The notes beneath the pieces are model-generated. The model saw only the letters and a list, made by a program, of their open reading frames with translations, did no database searches and was not told the origin of the DNA. The position numbers and the translations under genes are program-made. A stretch of DNA of 64,000 nucleotides from Octopus sinensis (Eukaryota), in assembly GCF_006345805.1 (NCBI RefSeq), contig NC_043001.1:88164001-88228000 (forward strand). Reading direction: 5' to 3'. Positions within the stretch are counted from its first letter, which is position 1; the number at the start of each line of letters is the position of its first letter. Shown here one piece after another: positions 1 through 13,590 of the stretch.

Positions 1-1624
1 AATAAAGTACAAGTTGTTAATGAATAAATAAATAAATAAATAAATAAATAAATACACAAATATGTAAATGATAATAAAAAGACAGTTTGAAGCCTAACAT
101 GGATAGTAAATGAATCAATAGATAACTAGGTGTACCCATGGAATTATGAGACATAATTGTTTGATTATATATTTATTCATTAGAGAGATGAAATCACAAA
201 AATATGATACTTTCATAATTAATTCATTATTTATTGTATTGATCAATGATCATAGGTCAAACCTGCTGGAACAACGTAAATGATAGCTTGAAAAATCAAA
301 ACAACTTCTAGTTTTATGGCATAATTACAACATTCTAATTTTTCAAGAAACAATACATACCAGATATTTTACAATAATTCTATAATACAAATGATAAAGG
401 CAGGTCTTTCGTCTAATTACAACATATTAATTTTTCAAGAAGCAATATGTAAAGGGTATTTTATAATATTATAATAGAAATCATATAGGCAGTTGACTGG
501 TATTATAGAATATATTTTTAAGAAGTAATATATAGCAGATACTAAATAATATTATTATGATATACATAGCCAACTGGCAAGGACATTATGGTCAGATACA
601 CTGTTGTGCAATGATCTACAGCAAGATACCTGTTCCTTTATTATAGTTTAACCTCTCTGCATCTACCATAAAACTATTTCTCTCTCTACTGCAAGTACAC
701 TCAATCAAAGGGATCTTACTATTGCAAGCTACAGGACAATCTCACTAGTGTTGGTGCCAAGAAAAAAGCATCCAGTACTCTCAGTAAAATGAATGGTATT
801 AGGAAGGGCATTCAGCCATAGAAACCATATCAAAGCAGATACTAAGGATTGATGTAGTCCTCTGAAATGTTAGATCCTGTCAGACTATTTAAACCATGCC
901 AGCATGGAAAACTACCTGTAAATGATGATGATGTTCCAGTCATTTACAATCTCAATTCAAATTGTGCCAAGTTCAATTTTGCCTTTCATCATTTCAGAGT
1001 CAATAAGTAGAGTAACAGTCCTATACTTGGGTTGGTTCTTCTCTTTCTCTCCCTTTTTCTTTCTGTCTGGCTGACTTTCTTTCTCCTGAGAGAAATTGAC
1101 TATAATGAAGCCTGAATAGGGATGGCTTCTAATAGGTCTAAAAAGTGATTATGACACCTTGTATGGTATGACATCTCTACGACTCAATCAAAGAGTTGAT
1201 GGCACAAAGCAAAGCAGTGTAAATGGTATACAACTCAACACTGAAATTCATATGACCAGAATATTCAAATGTAGCATTATAAATCAAATAAAAAACTTGT
1301 TCAAAAGTTATGTAAATATTCTCCATTTTACAGAACAGTGAAATATTCCTAAACAATACCATGTCTGTGACATAGCAATTATATCATTAGTATTGCTTAA
1401 GTAAGATAAGCCATCCTTAACAGCCTATATGTCAATATCTTAAAAAATATTCACCATATAAATACCTTAATCTTAGTACAGTGATTTATGTCTCTATCTC
1501 CCTATCTATATTTATGTATCTATGTATTATGGTAAGAAGATCGGTAAGGTTCTGATTGATACTTAGAGGAGCACTTCTCAACACCAAGGTAAGATTCAGT
1601 TGGGTTAAAATAAACCCTGTAGAG

Positions 1625-1706
<82 letters not shown>

Positions 1707-1719
1707 TGATGATGATAAA

Positions 1720-2280
1720 TGCCCTGATACAGTACCAGGCAGTGGCTCTCATGGCTTTTGATTTTAACTGATTGGAAGAGTTATCACGTACATTGTTTTG
1801 TCTTGGTATAAAAGATGGGCTACAGCAAATATTCTGCTCAATACCACAGATTTGCTTGTCAGTTGTTTGACCGTAACCAGTTGAGCATGTCCCTTAGTGG
1901 CTGACATTATGTGCATCTCTGATCATGAGCAGAAGTAGTGGGGGAGCATCATAGCCATGTGTTGAGAGGGATTCTTTGGGGTTTGAATAATTCACCTCTG
2001 GAAACATAGGTGTTTCCATCAGCATCCTTAAACAACCCTTATTCAGGGAGCTTTTGAGCAGGATGGGTTACTCGACCAGAAGAAATTTCTAACTGGGCCC
2101 CACCTGCAAGGTCATGTGCTGTTTATCTTGAAATAAGATTACCATGTTGCGCACATATGATTGTGATGCATTTGCCTGGTGTACCCTTATCGGACGGGTA
2201 GTCATGATGGGCTTCGTATATTTTACCCCAGTGTCACTTTGATGGCATGCACTGCTCTCTCACACAATAATAATAATAAT
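1720..2280 (+). mobile_element. Unclassified interspersed retroelement 3' fragment ending in (AAT)n
   Basis: GC-richer block between two (AAT)n tracts, with no ORF; family membership judged from recall only. Confidence 0.45.
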
Positions 2281-2751
2281 AATAATAATTTAAATGAGTA
2301 AATGAGAAGTTAAATCAACATTTTCATTATTTCTGTAAACGAATTATTTTTTTCATTTCATATCTCATATAATGTTATGTAATTACATATTTCTATATAT
2401 TGAATTATTACATAACATTGTAAGAGATAAAAATATAAAAATGTTCATTTATGGGAATGATTGTCATGTAAATGTAACTTCTGCTTTCCACATTTAAATT
2501 ATTATTATATATGTATATAAGACAACGATCTGGCAGAATCATCAATCTGCTGGAAAAATGCTTGGCAGCATTTCCTGCATCTTTACATTCTAAGCTCAAA
2601 TTCCACCAAGGTTATCTTTGTCTTTCACCCTTTTGAGTTTGATAAAGTAAGTGCCAGTCAAGCATTTTAGTTGATGTAAGTGGCTTATCCTCTACGCTGA
2701 AATCACTGGCCTTGAGCCAAAATTAGAAACTATTATTATCATTATTATTAT

Positions 2752-3062
2752 TCTATCAGCGTGATCACCGTGACCGACCAGTCTATTAGATGTTGCTATA
2801 CACCGCTGGTCACAATGCGCTTCGCATTGTTTTAGCCTTCAAATGATGCCACCCTGCTGGCTAAGTGAGCAGGCCAACAGAAGAAAGAGTGAGAGAAAGT
2901 GGTGGCGAAAGAGTACAACAGGGATCGCCATCACCCCCTGCCGGAGCCTCGTGGAGCTTTAGGTGTTTTCACTCAATAAACACACAACGCCCGGTCTGGG
3001 AATCGAAACCGCGATCCTGCCACCACGAGTCCGCTGCCCTAACCACTGGGCCAGTGTGCCTC
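2752..3062 (-). mobile_element. tRNA-derived SINE, family C head with tail type 1
   Basis: A-box/B-box head tggcccagtggttaggg...gtttcgattccc, shared with the copies at 16265, 25268, 28232 and 43065. Confidence 0.85.
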
Positions 3063-3566
3063 CCATTATTATATATGCATGTCTATATATATGTAAGTAT
3101 ACCAACAAATACTCCTGGTTCCTTTGTCCCCACTTACTTCTGCTCACCCCGTAGATTGAGGATCCACCTAGACACTTCATTACCATTATTTTTACTTCTT
3201 CTCGGACCCACTCTGAACATCACTCCCATCTTCTCTTCTAAAATGTGAGTAGCCATGTATCTACTCTACAGCAAGAAACCTGTTCTGCTCTGGTCTCCTT
3301 CTCTCATGTTTCTCCCAGCATAAAGCCACCCTTTCAAAGGTTGTAGCTTTACAAATGCATGACAAGCTCACTAGTGCTGGGATGGTTTTGGGCATGCAGA
3401 ATGGGTGGCAAAGGAAATGGTTCCAGTGATAGGGAAGACAGAGAGAAATAAATAACGAACAGTTGTATGTACATTTTGCCTCATTTTGAGTACCACTTTC
3501 ATCAGCATTCATCAGAAATGATATCTCTATAATAAAGATATGACTTTCTGTGTATGTATATTTTTG

Positions 3567-3670
<104 letters not shown>

Positions 3671-3677
3671 GTATATA

Positions 3678-3731
<54 letters not shown>

Positions 3732-3817
3732 TACATATATATATATATATACACACACACATGCATATATATACATATATATATATTTAATGCTTATATA
3801 AATATATGTATATATAT

Positions 3818-4250
3818 TAGTGTTGGCTGAAAAGTTCTTAGGCTGATCAAGATATTCTCATGGAATGTAACCAAATCAGGTTTATTTTTTAACATTAGTC
3901 CCCAAGGGGCTCTACACACTTCTTCCCATCAGTGTTACAAAGTGTGGATCTCTTTGGTGAAGAAGCTTTCATCCTGTTGCTCAAAAAAGTCATCAACAGA
4001 AGATATGATGTCATCGTCACTGTGATACTGGAACAGATGATATCAGATGGAGGCCAAATCAGGAGAGTAGGAATGCTGATCAACAAACTACAGTCATGCA
4101 CAGCAGCTATTGAAATGAAGGTCTTATGTGTTGGAGTATTGTCTTGATGAAACAAGACCCCTTTCATCGGTATTCCTGGGTGTTTGGTCTTGATAGTCTT
4201 TCTTATTTGCCTCAGCAAGTTGGCACTATACTCTCCACTGATGGTCAAGA
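3818..4250 (-). mobile_element. Mariner transposon remnant (3' half and terminal inverted repeat)
   Basis: TISGEYSANLLRQIRKTIKTKHPG..GVLFHQDNTPTHK ... KKCVEPLGD, then a mariner-type end cagcctaagaacttttcagccaac. Confidence 0.85.
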
Positions 4251-4539
4251 AACATAATGCCTTTTTGTTGTGGTGAGAGTTGTGTCACCCCTGCAAGAAT
4301 AGACATGATTGAACGATGATAAATAGTAGTGGTCTGAGTGAGAGACAGAGAGTAGGTGTTAATCCAGGAAGTCATAAGGTGTCGTTTTGGTAGTTTGTCA
4401 GAATATCATTTGTGGAGTTTTTTTTAGATTGTTACATTGTTGTTACCCTGCTTCATTATATACTTCATTGTTACTACATCGTTATAGTGTAAAAAAAAAT
4501 ATCTTCATAACAATTGGTGATACAATAATACGCATAACC

Positions 4540-5164
<625 letters not shown>

Positions 5165-5554
5165 TCATATATACTAGACATAATTTTCATAAGCTACAAA
5201 ATATAAATGTCCACACTACCACACTTGAAATGTACCTCTTATAACTCTTCATCTCAACTTATCTCTGCACACATGTTAGGCACTGGTGATGATCATAGTT
5301 TAATCAATAAACGTAGGAGAAAGGTAAATTCAGTAAAAATAGGAGGGTCAGTGGGGCCCTAATTAAGTGGCCCTTAAAAAATAGACCCCCTTAGGACATT
5401 CCCTGGGATTAGGGGAGTTTCCGGTTTGAGTTTCATGATTCTTGCACCAACAGTCTAGGAGTTAATGAGCGTAAAAATGTAATGGACAGAGAAACATCAC
5501 TCAAATTTGTTATAGAATATAAAAAATTGGAGCACTCCATCGCTTATGACAACG

Positions 5555-5830
5555 AGGATCCCAGCTGAACGATTAATGGAACGGCTTACTCATGAAATTA
5601 ACACTTCACAGACTACCCTTTGTGTAGTTCTAAGGGACATTAAGCATGATACAAAGTGTAACAAGGCAGGCCCTTTGAAATACAAGTACTACTAATTTTC
5701 GCCAGCTGAGTGGACTGGAGCAATGTGAAATAAAGTGTCTTACTCAAGGATACAACATGTCACCAGGAATTGAACTAATGACCTCACGATCATGAGCTGA
5801 ATGCCCTAACCACTAAGCCATGTGGCTTCA
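5555..5830 (-). mobile_element. tRNA-derived SINE, family E head, with a tail related to that of 28232-28620
   Basis: tggcttagtggttagggc...gttcaattcc head, then caaggcaggccctttgaaatacaagt similarity. Confidence 0.7.
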
Positions 5831-5927
5831 TGATAGGATATATACATGTACATGTACATGTACATGATAGGATATATATATATACATGTACATGCTAGCA
5901 TGGAAAGCGGACGTTAAACGATGATGA

Positions 5928-5976
<49 letters not shown>

Positions 5977-6583
5977 TACATACATATATATATATATATA
6001 TGTGTATATATATAGATACATACATGCATACATACATTATATATATATAGGAACATGCCTAAGCGAAATAATATGTGTGTGTGTGTCTGTATTTATACCA
6101 AAGATATTAGATAAATATACACATGTATATATATACATATATATATATATACACATATGCATATATATATATATACATACACACACACACACTTACATAT
6201 ATGATTGTAATGTATGCCCGTATGCATGTATGAATCTAAGTATAAAAAAAATATAGTGCACACTTATATAATCTTTAAGACATCTCACAGCTATAATCAA
6301 GTCTCAAACAAGATATCTGAGATATTTGATATGTCTCTAGGTATTAGTTAATGGTTCAAACACCAGACATTCGAAAGTAAGAAAACCAACACAACTCAAC
6401 ATTACAGTTGGTAAAACATATCTGGGAATATTTACGAGTAACGATTCTCAGGAATCAACTGAGACAAAGATAACCACAAGGGTTATTAACTGTTGCTATG
6501 GAAACTGATCAGATCAATGTGTGTGTATGTGTGTATGTGTGAGTGCATGTGTGCGTGAATCTGTGTATTGCATAATATATACA

Positions 6584-6614
<31 letters not shown>

Positions 6615-6677
6615 GTATGTATATGTATATGTATATAAGCATACTGTATGTATATGCATATATGTATGTATATACAT

Positions 6678-6710
<33 letters not shown>

Positions 6711-6851
6711 CATACATGTATATATATATAAGTACATACACATACACACATGTATGTACATATATACATATATTATATATATATGTATGTAAATATATGT
6801 CTGTATGCGCACACATGCACACACACATACATGCATACATACACATGAAAA

Positions 6852-6905
<54 letters not shown>

Positions 6906-7589
6906 TTGCCAGATCAGACTGGGCCTGGTGCAGCCTTCTGGCTTCCCAGACCCCAGTTGAACCATCCAACACATGCTAGCATGGAAAGCGGACGCTAAAC
7001 GATGATGATGATGATGATGATGATATATTATAATATATTATATATTATATATATCTATGAGGATCTAAGTGAAATTATGATTATGTATATTTTTACATGA
7101 GCATATATCAGGAGTGTCAGCTAGCTTGAATAAAAACTGCTAGAAAAAAAAATACTTGCTGTAAAACTGGGAAATGATAGCAAATGCTGGAATAATTTAG
7201 TATTTTTTAAATCTTTTTAATCAGGTAAGGTAGTAATATCCATGATCCTTTACAGTGCCTCCTAGTCAGGTGGGAGAGAGAGCAGAAGGAATCCTTAAAC
7301 CAGAGACCTGTTTGAAATGCTTTCAACAGAGTGGACTCCAATAAAGGCATCTAAAGTCTTTTAATGCCACTGGTGGTGGTTTTAAACTGAGCAACGAATG
7401 AAGGCTAGCACCAAAAAAATTAATGCAGTGATTAGCATATCTTTTTATTTCGTTTTTGTATTTGGTTTGCAAGATTCTTTATGCGGATTTGTGTGTTGAA
7501 ACATATTTTACTGCGTTTGAGGAGAGTCACTCTCTTTTAGGGTCTTATAAATTTAACACACTCACTGATCTGATTTCCACTCATTTACG

Positions 7590-7755
7590 TATTCGTTTTT
7601 GCAAAAAATTTTGTTTAATCTTGCAACCTTTTTAATAGTTGACTCTGTCCATTATTGGAACTGCATTCTTTGAAAATGAACACAGTTCTGATAACAGAGT
7701 CAACAACTATCGAAAAGGTTGCAAGATGCAATGAAAATTTTAGTAAAAATGAATA
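7590..7755. repeat. Foldback inverted repeat (about 60-nt arms)
   Basis: ttcgtttttgcaaaaaattttg...gttgactctgt pairs with acagagtcaac...aaaattttagtaaaaatgaata; the adjacent 7430-7590 is related to 56047-56280. Confidence 0.8.
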
Positions 7756-8671
7756 AGTAAATAAGCATATCTTTTATCATTTACTTATTTTAGTCATTGA
7801 GGCACCATCTTGAAGGGTTATAATAGAACAAATAACCCCAAGTACTTAAGACTTGTGTCTTTTTAAGGCCAGTATATATTCTAACAGTTTTTTTGCTGTA
7901 TCCCTAAGTTATGGGGATGTAAACAAACCTTCAGCAGTTATTAAGTAGTTGGAGCTAGGTGTGACAAATAGAAACATAAAGACACACACACACACACATA
8001 TATATATGGATATGAAAATTTGGGAAAGAAGTCTAGTAGTTAATTACATCAACCCCAGTGCTCAATTGATACTTATTTTATTGATTTCAAAAGGATGAAA
8101 GGCAAAGTCAGCCTTCATGGAATTTGAACTCAGAAAATAAAGATGAATGATGTGCCATTAACTGTTTTGTCTTGTGTGCTATGGATTCTACCAGCTCACC
8201 GCCTTCTTAGTAAACTGAATATTTTACTCTTTACTCCAAGGACACCTTTGCATGCATAAGCATGCTCCTTGGGGGTTCATATTTATAACATGGTTCTATG
8301 TCTGTCAGCTTTACTTTAATGAGAGACGATAATGTGACATCTCCCATAAGTAATGACCTACTTGAAGTTTTGTTGAGCTTAATTAAATTGAATGCCAGTA
8401 GCACTGGAGTGTGGAATCGCAAGAGCAACCGTTTTGACTCTTGACAGATACTTAAATCTTTTCTTTCCATCTTTTAGTGACAAAGGTTGTGAATAAACTC
8501 TACAAAACACTAATTCTATATTACTTTACATCACAATAATCTACACTTGATGTCATCTTTGCATCATCTGCACATTTAGAAACTAAATCATTATCCCAAA
8601 CATTACTTGGGAGATTATGTAATCTGGATACATTTGATAGTCAAGAAACTCTTCAAGAAGCTTTTTCAATT

Positions 8672-8679
8672 TCACAATG
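8672..8679 (-). CDS. Putative terminal coding exon of an unidentified host gene (A-L-stop in phase 1), followed by a putative 3' UTR
   Basis: Very strong 3' splice site on the minus strand, tctttctttttctttcttatttcag|CATTGTGA, 195 nt downstream of the 12-nt microexon. A candidate AATAAA lies at 8077-8082 (minus), inside a SINE. Confidence 0.5.
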
Positions 8680-8874
8680 CTGAAATAAGAAAGAAAAAGA
8701 AAGACAAATTCATTACATTTATGAATAAATAAAATCCTGGGAAAACTGAACTTTCATTCTTTCTGTGAAATAAATAAATGATACAGTTCTTTGGAATTCA
8801 CTCTTTTCAGGCAGTTTTAAGATACTTTGTAACATCATTTATGTAAAAAATATAAACAGCTTTGAAAAACTTAC

Positions 8875-8886
8875 CTTTATACAAAC
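8875..8886 (-). CDS. Putative 12-nt microexon GTTTGTATAAAG (x-L-Y-K in phase 1)
   Basis: gttaatatttcag|GTTTGTATAAAG|gtaagt: perfect AAG|GTAAGT donor, length a multiple of 3, unique flanking sequence. Confidence 0.6.
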
Positions 8887-9062
8887 CTGAAATATTAACC
8901 TTCACTAAATGCTCTATCATTGTGGATTTAGTTATAATCCCATAGAAGAGAACTGAATGTACAGATGATATGGTTTTCTTAATCTTTTATCGAATTTTCC
9001 TTCAGTTAACACATTTTCTTTTAGATGTTCTCTATTTTCATAAATTCATGCAAAAAGATGCC

Positions 9063-9590
9063 CTTGTGGCTGTATGGTTAAGAATTTTGCTTCCCAACCA
9101 CATGGTTTCGGGTTCAGTCCCACTGCGTGGTACTGTAGAAATGTGTCTTTGACTATGGCATTGTTAACCAAAACTTTGTGAATAGATTGGCAAGCAGAAA
9201 CTGGAAGATACCCGTTGTATGTGTGCACATGTGCATGCATGCATACATATGCATGTGTATGTGTCTGTGTATGTGCATACATGATGTGTATGCGTGCATA
9301 CATGATGTGTATGCATGCATGTGAGTGTGTGTGTGTGTGTGTGTACATGCGTGCGTGTGTGTGTTTGTGTCTCCCTGTTTCAACATCATGCAATAGAAGT
9401 AAACAAACATCACTGTCACACAAATGGTATCATTCGTTTTCAGTCTGCTTTAAAACAACATCCAGCCATGAGAAAATATTACTTTCTGTGGAAACAGGTG
9501 AGGGTTGGCAACAAGAAAGTCATCTAGCTGTAGTAAAATCTGCCTCAATGAATTCTCTCAGATCCATAACAACATCGAAAAGTGGACATG
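9063..9590 (+). mobile_element. tRNA-derived SINE family A (variant tail) with internal microsatellite
   Basis: gtggctgtatggttaag...ggttcagtcccactgcgtgg head. Confidence 0.8.
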
Positions 9591-10239
9591 AAAACAATGA
9601 TGTTGAGTAAGAAAAAGAAGTAAAGGAGGAAGAAAAGATTGCAATTCACTATCTATTAGTTCATCCCTTCACAAAAACAAACTGAAATTAGCAAAAGATA
9701 TCAGAACAGCTTGATATAGCAGCAAATATATCTTGAACACAGAATTTGAAAGGGGAGCTGCTTTGAACAAATAAACATGGTTATAAGTGCAGAAACGAAA
9801 TTTGTTTAATGGATGTAAACCCAGATCCAGCCTAGGATGTTCAAAGCATTTTCATTGCCCCTGAAAAATTTTAGGAGGTGCACTTGCACCTTCTGCACCT
9901 CCCGTTCTCAAGCCTATGAACATGAAAGGCTTATCTAACGGTATGAAAATATTCTTCAATGCATCAAAAAGTGGGAAAATGATATTAATTACCATTTTTA
10001 GTCTCAACCTTCTTCTAGATACATTCTTTAAATTTTTTCTGTACTTAGTATTACAAAAGCAACAAACTCCTTTAACTGCTTCTTTTGTTTTTTTATGTTA
10101 TCACCACCACCACCACCACCACCACCACTTTTTTCTTCCTGTGGTACATCAACCTCAGTTACTAACACCAAAATATACCTAACAATATACCTAACAAACA
10201 AAAAAAAAAGAGTCTTTAGTTGGGAGTAAAAAAAAAAGA

Positions 10240-10800
10240 ATTATAAAAGAAATTGATTTAGAAACGAAATTGAAGATAATATTTGAGCACAAAGGAGTAA
10301 ATCTGTTTGAGTGTCAGCATGTGATTTCAACTTGTCCCAGTCAATGATCTCTACCATTCTAAAGGATAAGTGCTGTATCAGTGATGCATTGAAAGCATCT
10401 GTGTATCTGTTAAATCTTTATAGTCATCAGCAGAAAAAGATCAGGGGTATTTGAAGTAATAAAAAAATTTAGTCACATGGATGAAGGACCAATTTCAAAA
10501 AGAATAATACGCAATCCTTTAACCATATAGGCTAAAAGTAAAGTGCTTGTTTGAAACAATGAAAGAATGCACCAATGAATCCACTAACATGAACATCATA
10601 GCAAGTTGTGAATGGTGTTAGTGTTTAAATGAAAAATAAATGTCACAATGTAATTTGCATTATAGGAAAACAGCAAGCATTGATGAAGAAGGTGTGGATT
10701 GCATTTAAAGAAACATGGCAGAATATTTGCCAGAATGAATAATTGATGTTGAGGAAACTGGCTTAGATGGGAAACACAAAGTTGAACATTACTATATTCA
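10240..10800 (+). mobile_element. Tigger/pogo transposase remnant
   Basis: EIDLETKLKIIFE (N-terminal HTH-psq-like) and YLPE*IIDVEETGL (similar to YLPEQIFNVDETGL); frameshifts and stops. Confidence 0.7.
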
Positions 10801-10979
10801 TTGGGATCTGAAAGAGAGGAGGTTTCAAGGAATCAGGTTATTCTATCAAATGTAATACTTATTTTGTGTATTTGTAAGGCAAGCAAGCTAAAACTTCAAA
10901 GTCACTGTCAATATTTTCATATAAAAGTTTAATAAACATGTACTAATCTAAAAATATTGAGAAATCCTTAAGTTTAATG

Positions 10980-11420
10980 TTAAATTTTTATGTATAACCT
11001 GTTTTTACTTTTTTATTGTTTTTACTGTTTTGTTCTTACTGTCCTGTTCTTGTTACCACTTTCACCCTCTGCAAAAAAATCCCAAATTTTATTTAACTTG
11101 CTTTGCGGGACAGACTGTTTCAACGAAGTCAAGTCTTGTTCTTACTTTTGAAACATGGAGTAGATGAAACAGGGACAACTGAAGAAGGGGAATATTCCTT
11201 GTGTCGTACGTCTTGTTTCTCTGTTTTCTCGTTGTTTGAAAAAAAATTTGTTTCTATGTTTTTGTTTTTATGTTTTCGTTTCTCATTGTGGTCAACGTTT
11301 TTTTGATATCCTGTACCCATATATGCATGTATATATATATATATATATATAGGTATGTACATATATGCATAGATTTATATATTATTTATATTATTATATG
11401 ATCGAACGCTATGCATCCTT
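10980..11420 (+). mobile_element. 'P-family' interspersed repeat (probably Penelope pLTR-derived)
   Basis: Shared with 31690-32200, 32785-33080, 33440-33900 and 59230-59760; conserved caaCTGAnGAAGGG motif and ccaagtaag end. Confidence 0.7.
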
Positions 11421-11430
11421 TTCCAAGTAA

Positions 11431-11469
<39 letters not shown>

Positions 11470-11619
11470 AAGATTAAATCTTAATCCTTTAGGATTTGAG
11501 ATTATTCTGTCAAATGTAATGTATATTTATTTGCAATGTTTTGATGATGTAATTATTTTCAGAATGACATTGTAGAGTAGGTGTGAAAAGCTGGATCTAG
11601 CCAGTTTGAACATAAAATA

Positions 11620-11880
11620 AGTAGAATGTTTGGCACATAAAAGCACCATCCGTTCGTGGCCGTTTGCCAGCTCCGTCTGACACCTGTGCCAGTGGCACGT
11701 AAAAAGGACCCACTACACTCACGGAGTGGTTGGCGTTAGGAAGGGCATCCAGCCGTAGAAACACTGCCAGATCAGACTGGGCCTGATGCAGCCTTCTGGC
11801 TTCACAGACCCCAGTTGAACTGTCCAACCCATGCTAGCATGGAAAGCGGACGCTAAATGATGATGATGATGATGATGATG
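11620..11880 (+). mobile_element. RTE 3' tail fragment with (ATG)n
   Basis: ggagtggttggcgttaggaagggcatccagc...atgatgatg. Confidence 0.85.
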
Positions 11881-11914
11881 ATATGTGTGTATATATATAT
11901 ACATATATATGTAC

Positions 11915-11965
<51 letters not shown>

Positions 11966-12379
11966 TCTGTGTGTGTATATATATGTATGTGTAGGATCAG
12001 AAAAAGTGTAAACCAAATTCCCCTTTTTGATTTTTATTATTTTCATTTCACACTTGTTTTTTTCAAGTTTGACTTGTCGACCCCCACTAAAATTAATGAA
12101 CTTTGTACATTCAAACAAATTGATATACAGTTTTAATTTTATTGACTTCTATGAACATTCAAACTTACACCTACTGTTTTGAACATGTTAATTTATCAAC
12201 ATTGAAACATTTTAATTTGTCAACATCGAAACTTTTAAAGATGGTTTTTCTAATTTTAACTTTTACCATTGATAAACAAAAATTATTGTTGAAACTAGTT
12301 TGGTATATATGTAAATAAATGTATTTTAAACATTTATGAGTTTTTGAAATTTAGGTACATTTTCAACGACACATTTTCC

Positions 12380-12523
<144 letters not shown>

Positions 12524-12564
12524 TATATATATACATATACATATATATTTATATATATATATAT

Positions 12565-13359
12565 ATATATATATAAAACTCAACTTGTGTGCCTGTGTGT
12601 GTATCTGTGTGTGTATCTGTGTGTGTGTCTGTGTGTTTAACTTCCTGGCACATCTCCTCCTAGCCAACAAATCGTAGAACCACCAAAAATGGGTCACTTA
12701 AAGTTTAGGCAAATGAAAATTGTGTTTGTTTAGGCCTTATCCCATGCATTGAATAGTGAACTTTACTCAGTCAGCTGTTTGGCATGAACTGTGTTCACCA
12801 CGCATGCAAGCATGCGTAAGTTGCATGAAAAATAAAAAAATAAAAATATAAAAACGAATATGCCATAAACATTGTAGAAATTCGGCAAAGAAATGAATTT
12901 TCGGGATGTAGCCTGGAGGGTTTTTTTCGTATTAATCGTTTGAACTTTGTGAACATATACCAATTGTTTTCATAACATTTTTAACGCTTTGAATTAAATG
13001 TGACCATTTTGCATTGAGTCTGCAGTTTGAATCACTTTAACCAAATTTTAGCAGGCTATATTTTTGATCATCACGATACATCACCAGCAACTCCCTGAAA
13101 CTCTCCCCTGAAATCCCCGTTGAGAAATACTGATCTAAAAGAATAATTCAACAATGCAATTATTTGATCAACAAAAATTTATGAAACGCTTCTACGTACT
13201 TTCTATTGAGGAAATGGAATACATAAGGGCAAAAATAGAGGGCATTAAATGCTTGATTTTAAAACCAAAATAACTGAATTTTGATCGAACTTCATCCAAG
13301 TTTAGCTTAATTCGCACGTGCATAGAACGCACAAGCGCATGAGCCGGGCAATACTGCTA

Positions 13360-13361
<2 letters not shown>
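12565..13361 (+). mobile_element. Non-autonomous Helitron-like element
   Basis: 5' tatataaaact followed by (gtgt)-type repeats; GC-rich subterminal segment and 3' ...cgggcaatactgCTAGT end. Confidence 0.6.
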
Positions 13362-13405
<44 letters not shown>

Positions 13406-13590
13406 TATAAAAGGGATGAGTTATCTTAGTGGATATTGTATTATCTCTCAAACTGATTTAGATGCCAGTCATCCACTACACCCTATTACATAGTACTCAA
13501 ACGTAGAAAGAAATACTGGTACTGGTAACTTCACTTGGGTTATTCCATGTTCCTATTCAGAACTACAAGTATTCTGTAGAGTATTTAATA

